A DNA stretch of 64,000 bases from Fibrobacteria bacterium (GTDB lineage Bacteria; Fibrobacterota; Chitinivibrionia; Chitinivibrionales; FEN-1185): the NCBI GenBank assembly GCA_037447435.1, contig JBBIGR010000020.1, positions 1 to 64,000 of the forward strand. The letters run 5' to 3'. Within the stretch, counting starts at the first letter, position 1; the number at the start of each line of letters is the position of its first letter. A program made the position numbers and the translations under genes. Positions 17,936-27,566 of this stretch are shown piece by piece. The notes beneath the pieces are model-generated. The model did no database searches. It worked only from the letters and a program-made list of their open reading frames with translations, and was not told where the DNA came from.

Positions 17936-19219
17936 ATGATAGACCTGCAACGAATTCGCGAAAACCCGGATGCAATGAAGAAGGCGATCGGCAATAAAAA
18001 ATGCCAGGTAGACATCGATGCGCTTTTGTCCCTCGATGAAATGCGGCGTCGGATTATCGGCGATGTCGAAGGCCTCAAAAGCGTGCGAAATGCAAGGTCG
18101 CAGGAAATTGCCGGATTGAAAAAAGCGAAAAAGGACGCCGAAGCCGCCGCGATCATGACGGAAATGAAAGATCTTTCCGAAAAAATCAAAGACCTCGACG
18201 TAAAACAGGCGACTGCGGAAGAGCAGATACAGACGATAATGCAATGGATCCCCAACGTTGCCCATGAATCGGTCCCTCATGGCGACAGCGCTGCCGACAA
18301 TGTCGAGATAGCGTCGTGGGGCACGCGTCCCGAATTCGATTTCGAGCCCAAAGACCATTTGCAACTCGGAACAGCGCTCGACATCATCGATTTTCCCCGC
18401 GGCGCAAAGGTCGCGGGTGCGGGGTTTCCCGTTTACAAAGGGGCAGGCGCGCTGTTGGAACGGGCGCTTTTGAATTTCATGCTCGATACGCATTCGCAAA
18501 ACGGCTATTGCGAAATTTTCCCTCCTTTTCTCGTTAATAAAGAAAGCCTGTTCGGAACCGGGCAGCTTCCCAAATCGCAGGACCAGATGTATCATATCGA
18601 CGAAGACCAGTTGTATTGCGTGCCGACCGCGGAAGTGCCGGTGACGAATTTGCATCGCGACGAAATGTTCGATGCGGAAAAACTGCCGGTCAAATACTGC
18701 GCGTACAGCGCCTGTTTCAGGCGCGAGGCGGGTTCGTACGGCAAAGACACCAAGGGGTTTTTACGGGTCCATGAATTCAATAAGGTGGAGCTTGTCAAAT
18801 TCGCACAGCCCGAAAATTCGTATGCCGAGCTCGAACTCCTCCGCGCCGATGCCGAAGGCATAATACGCGCGTTGGGTCTTTCGTACCGGGTGCTTGCTCT
18901 TTGCGATGCGGATATGTCGTTTGCCGCGGCGAAATGCTATGATCTGGAAACATGGGCGCCGGGCGAGAAGAAATACCTCGAAGTGTCGTCTTGCAGCAAT
19001 TTCGAAGATTTCCAGGCGCGCCGCATGAATATCCGGTATCGTCCTAAGCAGGGTGAAAAGCCCAGATTCGTGCATACGCTCAATGGAAGCGGTTTGGCCA
19101 CGGCGAGGATTCTTGTTACCATATTGGAAACGTATCAAACGAAAAGCGGCACCATCAGAGTCCCCGATGTTCTGCAGCCGTATATGCGCGGAATGAAAGA
19201 AATCGGAAGAAGAAATTAG
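17936..19219 (+). CDS. serS: Serine--tRNA ligase
   Basis: N-terminal coiled arm, PTAEVP, FRREAG, EVSSCSN, HTLNGSGLA; AGGAG upstream. Confidence 0.98.
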   Translation: MIDLQRIRENPDAMKKAIGNKKCQVDIDALLSLDEMRRRIIGDVEGLKSVRNARSQEIAGLKKAKKDAEAAAIMTEMKDLSEKIKDLDVKQATAEEQIQTIMQWIPNVAHESVPHGDSAADNVEIASWGTRPEFDFEPKDHLQLGTALDIIDFPRGAKVAGAGFPVYKGAGALLERALLNFMLDTHSQNGYCEIFPPFLVNKESLFGTGQLPKSQDQMYHIDEDQLYCVPTAEVPVTNLHRDEMFDAEKLPVKYCAYSACFRREAGSYGKDTKGFLRVHEFNKVELVKFAQPENSYAELELLRADAEGIIRALGLSYRVLALCDADMSFAAAKCYDLETWAPGEKKYLEVSSCSNFEDFQARRMNIRYRPKQGEKPRFVHTLNGSGLATARILVTILETYQTKSGTIRVPDVLQPYMRGMKEIGRRN

Positions 19220-19236
19220 TAGTTAGTTCATTAGTA

Positions 19237-19317
19237 TAACCTCATTAATCTTTTTCCGACCCTTCTTGCCCTTGTGGTAAGAGGGGAAAAGGGGTTGGGG
19301 TTAAGCGGTGAGGGTTA
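19237..19317. repeat. Degenerate pyrimidine/purine REP-like hairpin downstream of serS
   Basis: TAACCTCA...TGAGGGTTA outer arms and a CCTTCTTGCC/GGTAAGAGGG inner stem. Confidence 0.45.
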
Positions 19318-19384
19318 AAGTGAAAAGACATGTGTCATAACTTATGAACTTCTAACTTAATCGTTTTACCGGGCGATTTAAACA

Positions 19385-20716
19385 ATGGCAAATCCCGCAG
19401 TATACCGTTTTCTTATGAGAATAAGGCCGTTTACCGGAAGGTATGTGCTGCTTCTGGTTTGCATTGCCGGATTCATTTGGTATGCCCAATATTCGCGCAG
19501 TATCATCATGCGGCTTCAGGACGAATCGGTGACGGTTACCCAAACCTATGCCGAGCTCATACGCACCGCGATCACCGAGCGCATGAATAACGAAGAAATG
19601 AACGTGATATTCGAGGAAATCATCAGGAAATCGAATATTCCGGTCATCATTACGGATACTGCCTGGGCGCCGCTCATGTGGCGCAATATCGTGGTGGGAC
19701 CGTTTTTTAACAGAAAAGAAATCCCGCCGCACGATTCCAGCGCAGCGGCGCTGCAGCAGATACAGAAGATGATCGCAGAGTTCAGATTCACCTATACGCC
19801 GAAGGTGCTTTACATAAGTGAGACCCAGACCCGTATCGGATATCTGGTTTTCGGCAACAGCGAACTCATCGGCTCTTTGTCGCGCATGCCGTATATCGAG
19901 GTGGGTTTGGTGGCTGCGTTTATTTTTTTCGCGTTTCTGGGGTTTCACAATATCCAGGCCACGGAGCGAAGCAATTTATGGGTCGGCTTGGCAAAGGAGA
20001 CCGCGCATCAGCTCGGGACGCCGATATCGTCTCTCATGGGATGGATAGAATTCATAAAATCGAGCGGCAGCCAGGACGAACCGGTCGATCCGGAAGAGTT
20101 TGTCGCGCAAGTATACAAGGCCTGCGACAACATGGACGCGGATTTGACCCGGCTTAAAAAAGTCACCAGCAGGTTTTCGCAAATCGGCTCGGTCCCCGCA
20201 TTGACGCCATGCGATATCAACGCGGTGCTCAACGATGCGGCCATGTATTTCCGGATGCGGCTTCCGCTTTTGGGCAAGCATATCGAAATACGGCTTACCT
20301 GCGGCGATTTGCCCAAGGTGTATGCGAATTGTCATTTGTTCGAATGGGTGTTCGAGAACCTGATGAAAAACTCGGTGGACGCCATTACCAAATCCGACGG
20401 GCTTATCGAAATTACGACCGTGTATATCCCCGAGGAAAAAATCGTCAAGATTACGCATGCCGACAACGGCAAAGGCATTTCGTGGGAAGACCAGAAAAGG
20501 ATTTTCGCGCCCGGGTTTACAACAAAGAAGCGCGGCTGGGGCCTGGGCCTCACGCTGGCGAAGCGTATCGTCGAGGACTATCATAAAGGACGGATTTATC
20601 TCTCGTATTCGCAAAAGGACAACGGCACTGTTTTTGTGATCGATTTGCCGGTTGGGAATGAAAAACAAAAGCATCTTTCGCGGCCGCAGCCCAAATTGCG
20701 GCAGCCGATGGCGTAA
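19385..20716 (+). CDS. Membrane sensor histidine kinase
   Basis: Two TMs, H-box AKETAHQLGTPISSL, ENLMKNSVDA, DNGKGI, GWGLGL. Confidence 0.93.
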   Translation: MANPAVYRFLMRIRPFTGRYVLLLVCIAGFIWYAQYSRSIIMRLQDESVTVTQTYAELIRTAITERMNNEEMNVIFEEIIRKSNIPVIITDTAWAPLMWRNIVVGPFFNRKEIPPHDSSAAALQQIQKMIAEFRFTYTPKVLYISETQTRIGYLVFGNSELIGSLSRMPYIEVGLVAAFIFFAFLGFHNIQATERSNLWVGLAKETAHQLGTPISSLMGWIEFIKSSGSQDEPVDPEEFVAQVYKACDNMDADLTRLKKVTSRFSQIGSVPALTPCDINAVLNDAAMYFRMRLPLLGKHIEIRLTCGDLPKVYANCHLFEWVFENLMKNSVDAITKSDGLIEITTVYIPEEKIVKITHADNGKGISWEDQKRIFAPGFTTKKRGWGLGLTLAKRIVEDYHKGRIYLSYSQKDNGTVFVIDLPVGNEKQKHLSRPQPKLRQPMA

Positions 20717-20745
20717 CCCCAAAAACCTATCGAAAGTGAAACGCA

Positions 20746-22332
20746 ATGAGTGGCAACAGAAAAAAAGTCTTATGGGCCGACGATGAAATCGAGTTTTTGA
20801 GAGCGCATATCATGTTCCTGGAAACAAGGGGCTACAGCGTTACGGCTGTGTTTTCGGGGCACGACGCGGTGCATTTGATTAAAGAGAATGTCAAGGCGTT
20901 CGATATCGTTTTGCTCGACGAACAGATGCCGGGAAAAGACGGTCTGACCACGCTGGAGGAAATCAAGGAAATTGCGCCCGACATGCCGGTCGTGATGGTC
21001 ACCAAAAGCGAAGAAGAACATCTGATGGACGAGGCCATGGGGAAAAAGATAGACGGCTATCTGACCAAGCCGGTCAATCCGAGCCAGATTCTGTCGGTAT
21101 GCAAGAAATTGCTCGATTCGAAGCAGATCATTTCTTCACAAACGGCAAGCAAATTCGTGCGCGCGTATTCCGAAACGAAAATGGCGCTCACCACGCATAT
21201 GACCGCCAAAGACTGGGTGCGGTTGTTCGAGGGCCTTACGAATTGGGACATTCTGCTGGAATCGGTGGAAGACGAAGGCATACGCCAGGCCCATGCGGGC
21301 CAGAAGTCCGACTGCAATATAGCGTTTTCGGAATTCGTTTCGGAAAATTATCTCCAGTGGATACGCGGCGAACAAAAGCCCCCCATACTTTCGCCGCAGG
21401 TGCTGGACACCTTTGTGCTGCCCAAGCTTGAGGAAGGCAAGAAGGTGTACTTTGTCGTATTGTCGTGCATGCGGCTCGATCAATATTTTGCAATAGAGAA
21501 TCTGTTGAAGCGGTTTTTCGACATAGAACGGCAGTATTACTTTTCGATTTTGCCCACTGCGGCGCCGTTTGCGCGGAACTCCCTGTTTGCCGGAAAATAT
21601 CCCATAGACATTTCCGCCGATTTCCCCGAAATCTGGAAATCCCCTGCAGACGACGGATTGGGTCTTAACAAATTCGAACAGCAGATGCTGGCGAATAAAA
21701 TCGCGGCCGCGAAAATCGATGTGGGCGGAAAAGAACCCGAATACGTCAAGCTGCTGCAGGCCTCGGACTCCAAAGAATTCCTGAAAAAAATCAAGAATTA
21801 CGAAAACGACCGCTTTGTTTCACTGGTCGTCAATTTTGTCGACATGCTGACGCACAGCAGGTCGGAATCGTCGATATTGCAGGAAATAGCGCCCGATGAA
21901 ATGGCGTTCCGCTCGCTCACGCAATCGTGGTTCCAGTTTTCGACGATTTTCAGCATATTGAAAGAGTTTGCAAAACAGGATTGCACCGTGGTGCTTACCA
22001 CGGATCACGGCAGCACGCTTTGCACGAGAAGCACGCAGGTATACGGCGAACGCGAGCAAACCAAAAACGTGCGGTATAAATTCGGCGAGAACATCATGTG
22101 CGACGAACGGCATGCGCTGTTTATTTCGGACCCGTCGTTGTTCAAATTGCCGCAATTCACGCCAAACACCACGTGTATTCTTGCAAATGAAAATTATTAT
22201 TTTGTATACCCGGAAAAATCCGATCACTTTCAAAAGCAATATCAAAACAGTTTTCAGCACGGCGGTATTTCGATGGAAGAAATAATATTGCCATTGGCGA
22301 TTATGACCCCCAAGGAATCGGGTCCAACTTAA
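20746..22332 (+). CDS. porX: PorX-type response regulator with PglZ/alkaline-phosphatase domain
   Basis: VLWADDEI, LDEQMPG, VTKSEEE, YLTKPVNP; PglZ ILPT...RNSLFAG, NFVDMLTH, TTDHG, FQHGGISMEE; followed by tsaE. Confidence 0.85.
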   Translation: MSGNRKKVLWADDEIEFLRAHIMFLETRGYSVTAVFSGHDAVHLIKENVKAFDIVLLDEQMPGKDGLTTLEEIKEIAPDMPVVMVTKSEEEHLMDEAMGKKIDGYLTKPVNPSQILSVCKKLLDSKQIISSQTASKFVRAYSETKMALTTHMTAKDWVRLFEGLTNWDILLESVEDEGIRQAHAGQKSDCNIAFSEFVSENYLQWIRGEQKPPILSPQVLDTFVLPKLEEGKKVYFVVLSCMRLDQYFAIENLLKRFFDIERQYYFSILPTAAPFARNSLFAGKYPIDISADFPEIWKSPADDGLGLNKFEQQMLANKIAAAKIDVGGKEPEYVKLLQASDSKEFLKKIKNYENDRFVSLVVNFVDMLTHSRSESSILQEIAPDEMAFRSLTQSWFQFSTIFSILKEFAKQDCTVVLTTDHGSTLCTRSTQVYGEREQTKNVRYKFGENIMCDERHALFISDPSLFKLPQFTPNTTCILANENYYFVYPEKSDHFQKQYQNSFQHGGISMEEIILPLAIMTPKESGPT

Positions 22333-22339
22333 TTAAATT

Positions 22340-22756
22340 ATGCAAAAAGAATTCATAACACATTCGGTTCAGGAAACCCGTTCATTGGGCGCACGCACGG
22401 CGCGTACGGCGATTGGCGGGGATGTTTTTGCGCTTATCGGCGAAATCGGTTGCGGAAAAACGGAATTTGTCCGCGGTTTTGTCGAAGAGCTTTGCGGACC
22501 TGCGGCGGTGCGCAGCCCGACCTTTTCTATTATCAACATCCACGAATCGGATGCCGTTTCCGTATTCCATTTCGATTTTTACCGCTTGAAAAGACGTGAA
22601 GAACTGCTTGAAATCGGCTACTACGATTACATCTGCTCCGACGGCATCGTTCTCATCGAATGGGCCGACATGTTTCCCGATGTTTTGCCCCGGACGACCC
22701 GTTCCATACGGTTTGTTGATATAGGAGATAATTCCAGGCAGATAATCATGAGTTAG
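22340..22756 (+). CDS. tsaE: tRNA threonylcarbamoyladenosine biosynthesis ATPase
   Basis: GEIGCGKT, SPTFSI, HFDFYRL, IEWAD. Confidence 0.95.
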   Translation: MQKEFITHSVQETRSLGARTARTAIGGDVFALIGEIGCGKTEFVRGFVEELCGPAAVRSPTFSIINIHESDAVSVFHFDFYRLKRREELLEIGYYDYICSDGIVLIEWADMFPDVLPRTTRSIRFVDIGDNSRQIIMS

Positions 22757-22782
22757 AAGTAGGAAGTGGGAAGTTGGAAGTT
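22751..22782. repeat. Heptamer repeat AGTNRGA x4 at the junction of convergent genes
   Basis: AGTTAGA AGTAGGA AGTGGGA AGTTGGA AGTT. Confidence 0.6.
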
Positions 22783-22800
22783 CTTTTTACTCTTTACTCT

Positions 22801-23424
22801 TTAATTTTTAATTTTGACTATTGCCGTTATCGTCGAGGCTTTGCTGCGAGACGGTTTGAGGAAAAACTTATGCACTTTGATCGCCAAAAGCGCGATTTGC
22901 GTGGGGTTGCGCGGTAAGAAACCTTCGGGAAACAAGCTCGCATTTTCATTCAAAAAATCCGCAGCAGCCAAAAGTGCGGCCTGCCGGGTAATGTCCTGTT
23001 TGTTGCTATATTCAAATTTCCAGCGCTTGCTTTGTTTGACTATTTTTTTTAAAACCCTGTCTTTGGGCATGATGCCCGTGGCCGGGAATATGCGGCAGTC
23101 GTAGAACCGGCAGGTACGCGGCCTGCATTCGTAAATGCCGCATTTTTTGTCGTGAAGCATGGGGCAATCGCCGTTTTCGAAATGCCCCAAAAGCATATGT
23201 CCTTTGGGTAAACCCGGCGCAGCGCAAAGAAGCTTTTTGGGAATATGGGCAAGGGTTTTTGTCTCAACGGGCCTGATATGGATGAAATACGACGATTGAC
23301 AACAAGCGACACATCCTTCGCACGGCACGTCGATTCCCGTAAGATTTTCCAGGGAACCGCAGAGAGTGTCCAGCCAGGTCGAAAAATTGCCGGCCGGCAG
23401 TTCTTTTTGTTTGGAAGCCGTCAT
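22801..23424 (-). CDS. YkgJ-family cysteine cluster protein (CxxCxxCC)
   Basis: CEGCVACC, CPML...CGIYECRPRTCRFYDC. Confidence 0.88.
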   Translation of the reverse strand: MTASKQKELPAGNFSTWLDTLCGSLENLTGIDVPCEGCVACCQSSYFIHIRPVETKTLAHIPKKLLCAAPGLPKGHMLLGHFENGDCPMLHDKKCGIYECRPRTCRFYDCRIFPATGIMPKDRVLKKIVKQSKRWKFEYSNKQDITRQAALLAAADFLNENASLFPEGFLPRNPTQIALLAIKVHKFFLKPSRSKASTITAIVKIKN

Positions 23425-24674
23425 TTTTCCGCTGTCTGTTTACGTAAGTTCCTGGTGTTGGCCACGACCGCTTCGTGTATTTGCGAACGCCTGATTTTGG
23501 AAACGAGGATTTCGTAATTTTGCAAGGTAATACGGTCTTTTTGCTTAGGGCCTTTTTTCATTTGTCCCCGCATCCAGGCGTCGAGCGTTATCGGTTCGTC
23601 GGGGAATTCGGTTGATATTTTTTCATGAAGATCGGATAACGGCGTTGCGCCGCCGACCTGAAACCGCTGATCGGGCATGGCGCGGATAAAACGGGGCAAA
23701 ATATCGAATTCGTCCTGAATTTCGCCGATGACCTCTTCGATTATGTCTTCGAGCGTGATCAGACCGCTTACCGTACCTTTCGCGTTTTTCGCGATGGCAA
23801 TGTGATGATGTCCCTGAATCATTTTGTTAAGCACGATAGACGAGCTTTCGGAATCCGAAACAAAAAGCATCGGCCGCATGACCCCTTTTAAAGACGGGTC
23901 TTTCGGATTGATATGCAATGCGATCACGATGTCCTTGAAATTGACATACCCGATAACGCTGTCTATGGAATCGGTTTCGACAAGCGGGTAACGCGTATGA
24001 TAATGATGATGCGCGGCAATGAGCGCGTCGGTAAGGGTCATGGAACTTGCGAGAAATTTTATCACGTCGCGCGGCATCATGACATCGGCGATTTTCGTTT
24101 TCGAAAGATCGATGCCTTTCATCACAAGCTTTGCCTGTTCTTTACTGATGAGCTTGTTGAGCGCGGCAAAGCGAGTCAGCACGTTGATGTCGTCGAGCGC
24201 GTCGCCCGTGTTGGTTTTGCGTCTGCCGGTGAACGGCCGCGCGAATACCTGGGTTATCCATAAAACCGGCGTCAATGCGACGACCAGGAATTTCAAGGGA
24301 AAACCGAAAACCCGCGCGATGAGACGGTTATGCTTATATCCCAATGTCTTTGGCACGATTTCGGACCATTGAATAATCATGAGCGCAAGCACGACGGAAA
24401 AAAGGCCTATCCATTTTGACCCGAAAAGGTTGCCGAAACAAACGCCGGATAGCGAGGCGCCGACCGTATTTGCAAACGTGTTGATTATCAGAATCACCGC
24501 AATGGGCTTTTGAATATTTTCCCTGAAGTTTTTCCATATCGAGCCGATGAGCGGCTGTTTCTCGGAAATTTTGGCAATGTCCGCAAGCGACAGGCTCATG
24601 AGGCATGCTTCGAGCAATGAGCATAAAAATGCGAGCGACATGGTGATCAGAACTATTGCAACGAATATAAACAC
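23421..24674 (-). CDS. CNNM/DUF21-CBS (hemolysin/CorB-like) membrane protein
   Basis: CSLLEACLMS, SEIVPKT, VMMPR, HTRYP, GLITLEDIIEEVIGEIQDEFD. Confidence 0.9.
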   Translation of the reverse strand: MFIFVAIVLITMSLAFLCSLLEACLMSLSLADIAKISEKQPLIGSIWKNFRENIQKPIAVILIINTFANTVGASLSGVCFGNLFGSKWIGLFSVVLALMIIQWSEIVPKTLGYKHNRLIARVFGFPLKFLVVALTPVLWITQVFARPFTGRRKTNTGDALDDINVLTRFAALNKLISKEQAKLVMKGIDLSKTKIADVMMPRDVIKFLASSMTLTDALIAAHHHYHTRYPLVETDSIDSVIGYVNFKDIVIALHINPKDPSLKGVMRPMLFVSDSESSSIVLNKMIQGHHHIAIAKNAKGTVSGLITLEDIIEEVIGEIQDEFDILPRFIRAMPDQRFQVGGATPLSDLHEKISTEFPDEPITLDAWMRGQMKKGPKQKDRITLQNYEILVSKIRRSQIHEAVVANTRNLRKQTAEK

Positions 24675-24728
24675 CGATACTCCTAAACTGTGGGATGTGC
24701 TATTACAGGAAATATACTACATCGGAGG

Positions 24729-26546
24729 TTATTTGAACACGACCCCTACCAGCCAGGTTGACAAAAACGGCAAATAGGTTATGGCCAGGACCGCGGCGAG
24801 AAGCAGTATGACAAAGGGAAAAATGTGCCTGTACATTTTAGCCATGGATTCGTTGAAACGGTACGAACCGAGCTGCAAATTGATGCCGACCGGCGGCATG
24901 AGATAGCCGATTTCCAGATTGGTCAAAAAGATGATTCCCAGATGAAGCGGCGCGATTCCGAACGCATTCCCCAGCGGAGCGATAAGGGGGACGATGACGA
25001 TGATCGCGGAGAATATATCCATAAAGCAACCGACGACCAGCAGCGCGGCGTTCAGAAGCAACAAAAAAACGTATTTGGACTGTATATGGGCCTGCGCCCA
25101 TGCCGAAAGCGAGGTGGGGATTTGCGCGTCTATGATGCAATACGACAGTCCCTTTGCAACCGCAAGAATGGTCAAAACGCCGCCGACCATGGGCACGCAG
25201 GCGCGCATCGCTTTGGGAAGGTTGAAAATGGTGATGTCTTTTTTTATCAGGACTTCGACGACCACGACATAGACAACCGTGATCGCGCTCATTTCGACAA
25301 GCGTGAAAATGCCTTTGAAAAATCCTATCAGAATGAAAATCGGCAATACTATTTCCCATATCGCGTCGGCAAAGGCGCGTATCGCTTCGGAGAATTTGAA
25401 CGGGACCGGTTTGATGTTGTTTTTCCGCGAATTGAAAATCCCCAGGGCCGACATTATAAGAATGATGAAAATCCCGGGTAAAATCCCGGCCACGAACAGA
25501 TGGCGGATATTGACATGCGAAACCACGCCGTATAAAATGACCGCCAGGCTCGGCGGGAACAAAAGCCCGAGGCTTCCGCACGAGGTGATGAATCCGATCG
25601 AAAATTCACGTTTGTAACCGCTTTGGACAAGGATGTACGAGAGCAACCCGCCGAGGGCGATGACCGTGACTCCCGACGCGCCGGTGAAGGTGGTGAAAAA
25701 AGCGCTGACCATGATCGCCATGATGGTCAGGCCGCCCGGCATCCAGCCGAACGTGGTCTGGAAAAGCCTGACCAACCGCCGGCCGGCCTTGCTTTCGGAA
25801 AGAAGATAGCCGGCGAGCGCGAACAGGGGAATGGTCGGAATCGTGGGGCCCGTGAGCATGGTATAGGCTTCGTTCGCCAAAGTCGCCGTTTCACCCACGC
25901 TTTGCAAAAGATACAGTTGCGCTATTCCGCCGAGCACCACGAAAATCGGCGCTCCTGCGGCAAGCGACAGCGCAAGGCAAATCCCCAGCGGCCAGGCAAG
26001 ATGCGGCAGCTGCGGCGCCAGCACGGTCGAAAGCAGTATCGGGACGCATGCGCCCGACATCGCCGCGAATTTGTATATAATTCCCCGCGGGGCTTTGGCC
26101 ACGAAACGAAGCGCCATGATACCGAAACCGACGGGCATGATGAACGCCACATATTGCGTTTTAATAAAACCGACTTTAAGAGATTCGTCGAGACCGAGGC
26201 GAATGAAATTATAGGATGCGATGACGAAACCCGTGGTAACGGCGACCGCGACGAACGCGGTGACGGTTTTGATTCCCGTTTGGACGGCCTGGGGAAATCG
26301 TTCCAAAGCGGCCGCAACAGAGAGATGGCGGTTTTCCCGCGAGGCGAACATGCCGCCGACAAAGGTTATCCACAGCACGCAATGCTGTATGATATCGGTC
26401 GAGGCGTAGACTCCGGTTTTAAAAAAGGTGCGGGCGATTATTTCACAAACAGGAAAAAGGCTGAGCAGGGAAAGGATGACCACGGCGACCGTGTTTTCGG
26501 CGCCGTGAAATATTCGTTTGCCAATGGACATCGTTGCGTTGACCAT
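24729..26546 (-). CDS. TRAP transporter fused DctQ-DctM permease
   Basis: N-terminal DctQ-like segment, IPLFALAG, FTGASG, GSLGLLFPPS, EIGYLMPPVG. Confidence 0.92.
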   Translation of the reverse strand: MVNATMSIGKRIFHGAENTVAVVILSLLSLFPVCEIIARTFFKTGVYASTDIIQHCVLWITFVGGMFASRENRHLSVAAALERFPQAVQTGIKTVTAFVAVAVTTGFVIASYNFIRLGLDESLKVGFIKTQYVAFIMPVGFGIMALRFVAKAPRGIIYKFAAMSGACVPILLSTVLAPQLPHLAWPLGICLALSLAAGAPIFVVLGGIAQLYLLQSVGETATLANEAYTMLTGPTIPTIPLFALAGYLLSESKAGRRLVRLFQTTFGWMPGGLTIMAIMVSAFFTTFTGASGVTVIALGGLLSYILVQSGYKREFSIGFITSCGSLGLLFPPSLAVILYGVVSHVNIRHLFVAGILPGIFIILIMSALGIFNSRKNNIKPVPFKFSEAIRAFADAIWEIVLPIFILIGFFKGIFTLVEMSAITVVYVVVVEVLIKKDITIFNLPKAMRACVPMVGGVLTILAVAKGLSYCIIDAQIPTSLSAWAQAHIQSKYVFLLLLNAALLVVGCFMDIFSAIIVIVPLIAPLGNAFGIAPLHLGIIFLTNLEIGYLMPPVGINLQLGSYRFNESMAKMYRHIFPFVILLLAAVLAITYLPFLSTWLVGVVFK

Positions 26547-26552
26547 ACGGAG

Positions 26553-27566
26553 CTATTTTTTCCGGGTTGCACGGTATTCATTGACGAATTTTTTTACTGT
26601 TTCGTAAAGGTCTTTGGCCGAATTTTTAAGCAGGCCCTTGGTGATGCCGCCCTCGATGGCCGATTTCCATGCCTCTACCGACGCTTTGGGTACCGCATTG
26701 ACAACCAGGCCGTTTTGCTTCATGATCGTCATTGCCGATTCGTCGGCCTTGAGAATGTCGGCCTGCATGTCGGAGCCTATTTGCGTTGCGCACGCTTCGA
26801 GCTTTGCGGCGGTTTCGGGCGGAATCTTCGACCATACCGACGTCGAAACCACAACGCCGCCGATAAGCGGCGCCCAATTCATGTCGCACATGTTCTTTGC
26901 CAGGCCGAACCACTGATACGACGCGGCCGAAAGGGGAGTCGTCGAAAACGCGTCGATCATCCCGCTTTGTAAAGAAGGCATGATGTCGGTCGGCGTCAGG
27001 GGGACGACATGGAAACCGCTTTCTTTCCAAACTTGAGCCGCGTCCGCATCGCCGGCCCATACGAACAGCTTTTGTTTTTTCAAATCGTCCGGGCCAATGA
27101 CCGGAACCTTGGAAAAGAAATGAACCCATCCGACAAAAGTCCAGATGACCACTTTAAATCCGCGTTTTTCCAGCTCGGCCGAAAAAGCGGGTTTCATTTT
27201 TTCAAGCACAAAACGGAGTTCTTCGTTGCTTTGTATGAGCAGCGGCATCTGTATGGCCGCGATGTCCGGATAAATCCTGCTGAGGCCTACGCCGGTCATT
27301 CCCGCTGCAGACAGCTGGCCGATGCGGATTTTGCGCGTCATGTCGGCTTCATCGCCGACAATCCCGCCCGGATAAATTTTCAGCGTCACGCTGCCGCCTG
27401 AAATTTTTTCCCATTCCGCGCCGAGCTTATTCAATCCTTTGTCCCAGGGTGAGCCGGCAGGCGCCAGGCTGCCGAGCTTTATGGTGAGGGCATTAGCCGC
27501 AGGGCAAAACGATACTATGCAAACGGCAACGAAAAGAATAAGTGTCGGGAATGTGCGAAACGTCAT
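26553..27566 (-). CDS. dctP: TRAP substrate-binding protein (DctP/TatP)
   Basis: Signal peptide, IKLGSLAPAGSPW, YPGGIVGDE. Confidence 0.9.
   Translation of the reverse strand: MTFRTFPTLILFVAVCIVSFCPAANALTIKLGSLAPAGSPWDKGLNKLGAEWEKISGGSVTLKIYPGGIVGDEADMTRKIRIGQLSAAGMTGVGLSRIYPDIAAIQMPLLIQSNEELRFVLEKMKPAFSAELEKRGFKVVIWTFVGWVHFFSKVPVIGPDDLKKQKLFVWAGDADAAQVWKESGFHVVPLTPTDIMPSLQSGMIDAFSTTPLSAASYQWFGLAKNMCDMNWAPLIGGVVVSTSVWSKIPPETAAKLEACATQIGSDMQADILKADESAMTIMKQNGLVVNAVPKASVEAWKSAIEGGITKGLLKNSAKDLYETVKKFVNEYRATRKK

Noticed and set aside
25623..26972. Long antisense ORFs (449 aa here; also 29954-30985, 17873-18655, 19976-20746, 52643-53434)
   Set aside because: Shadow frames opposite well-supported genes, with no recognisable motifs.
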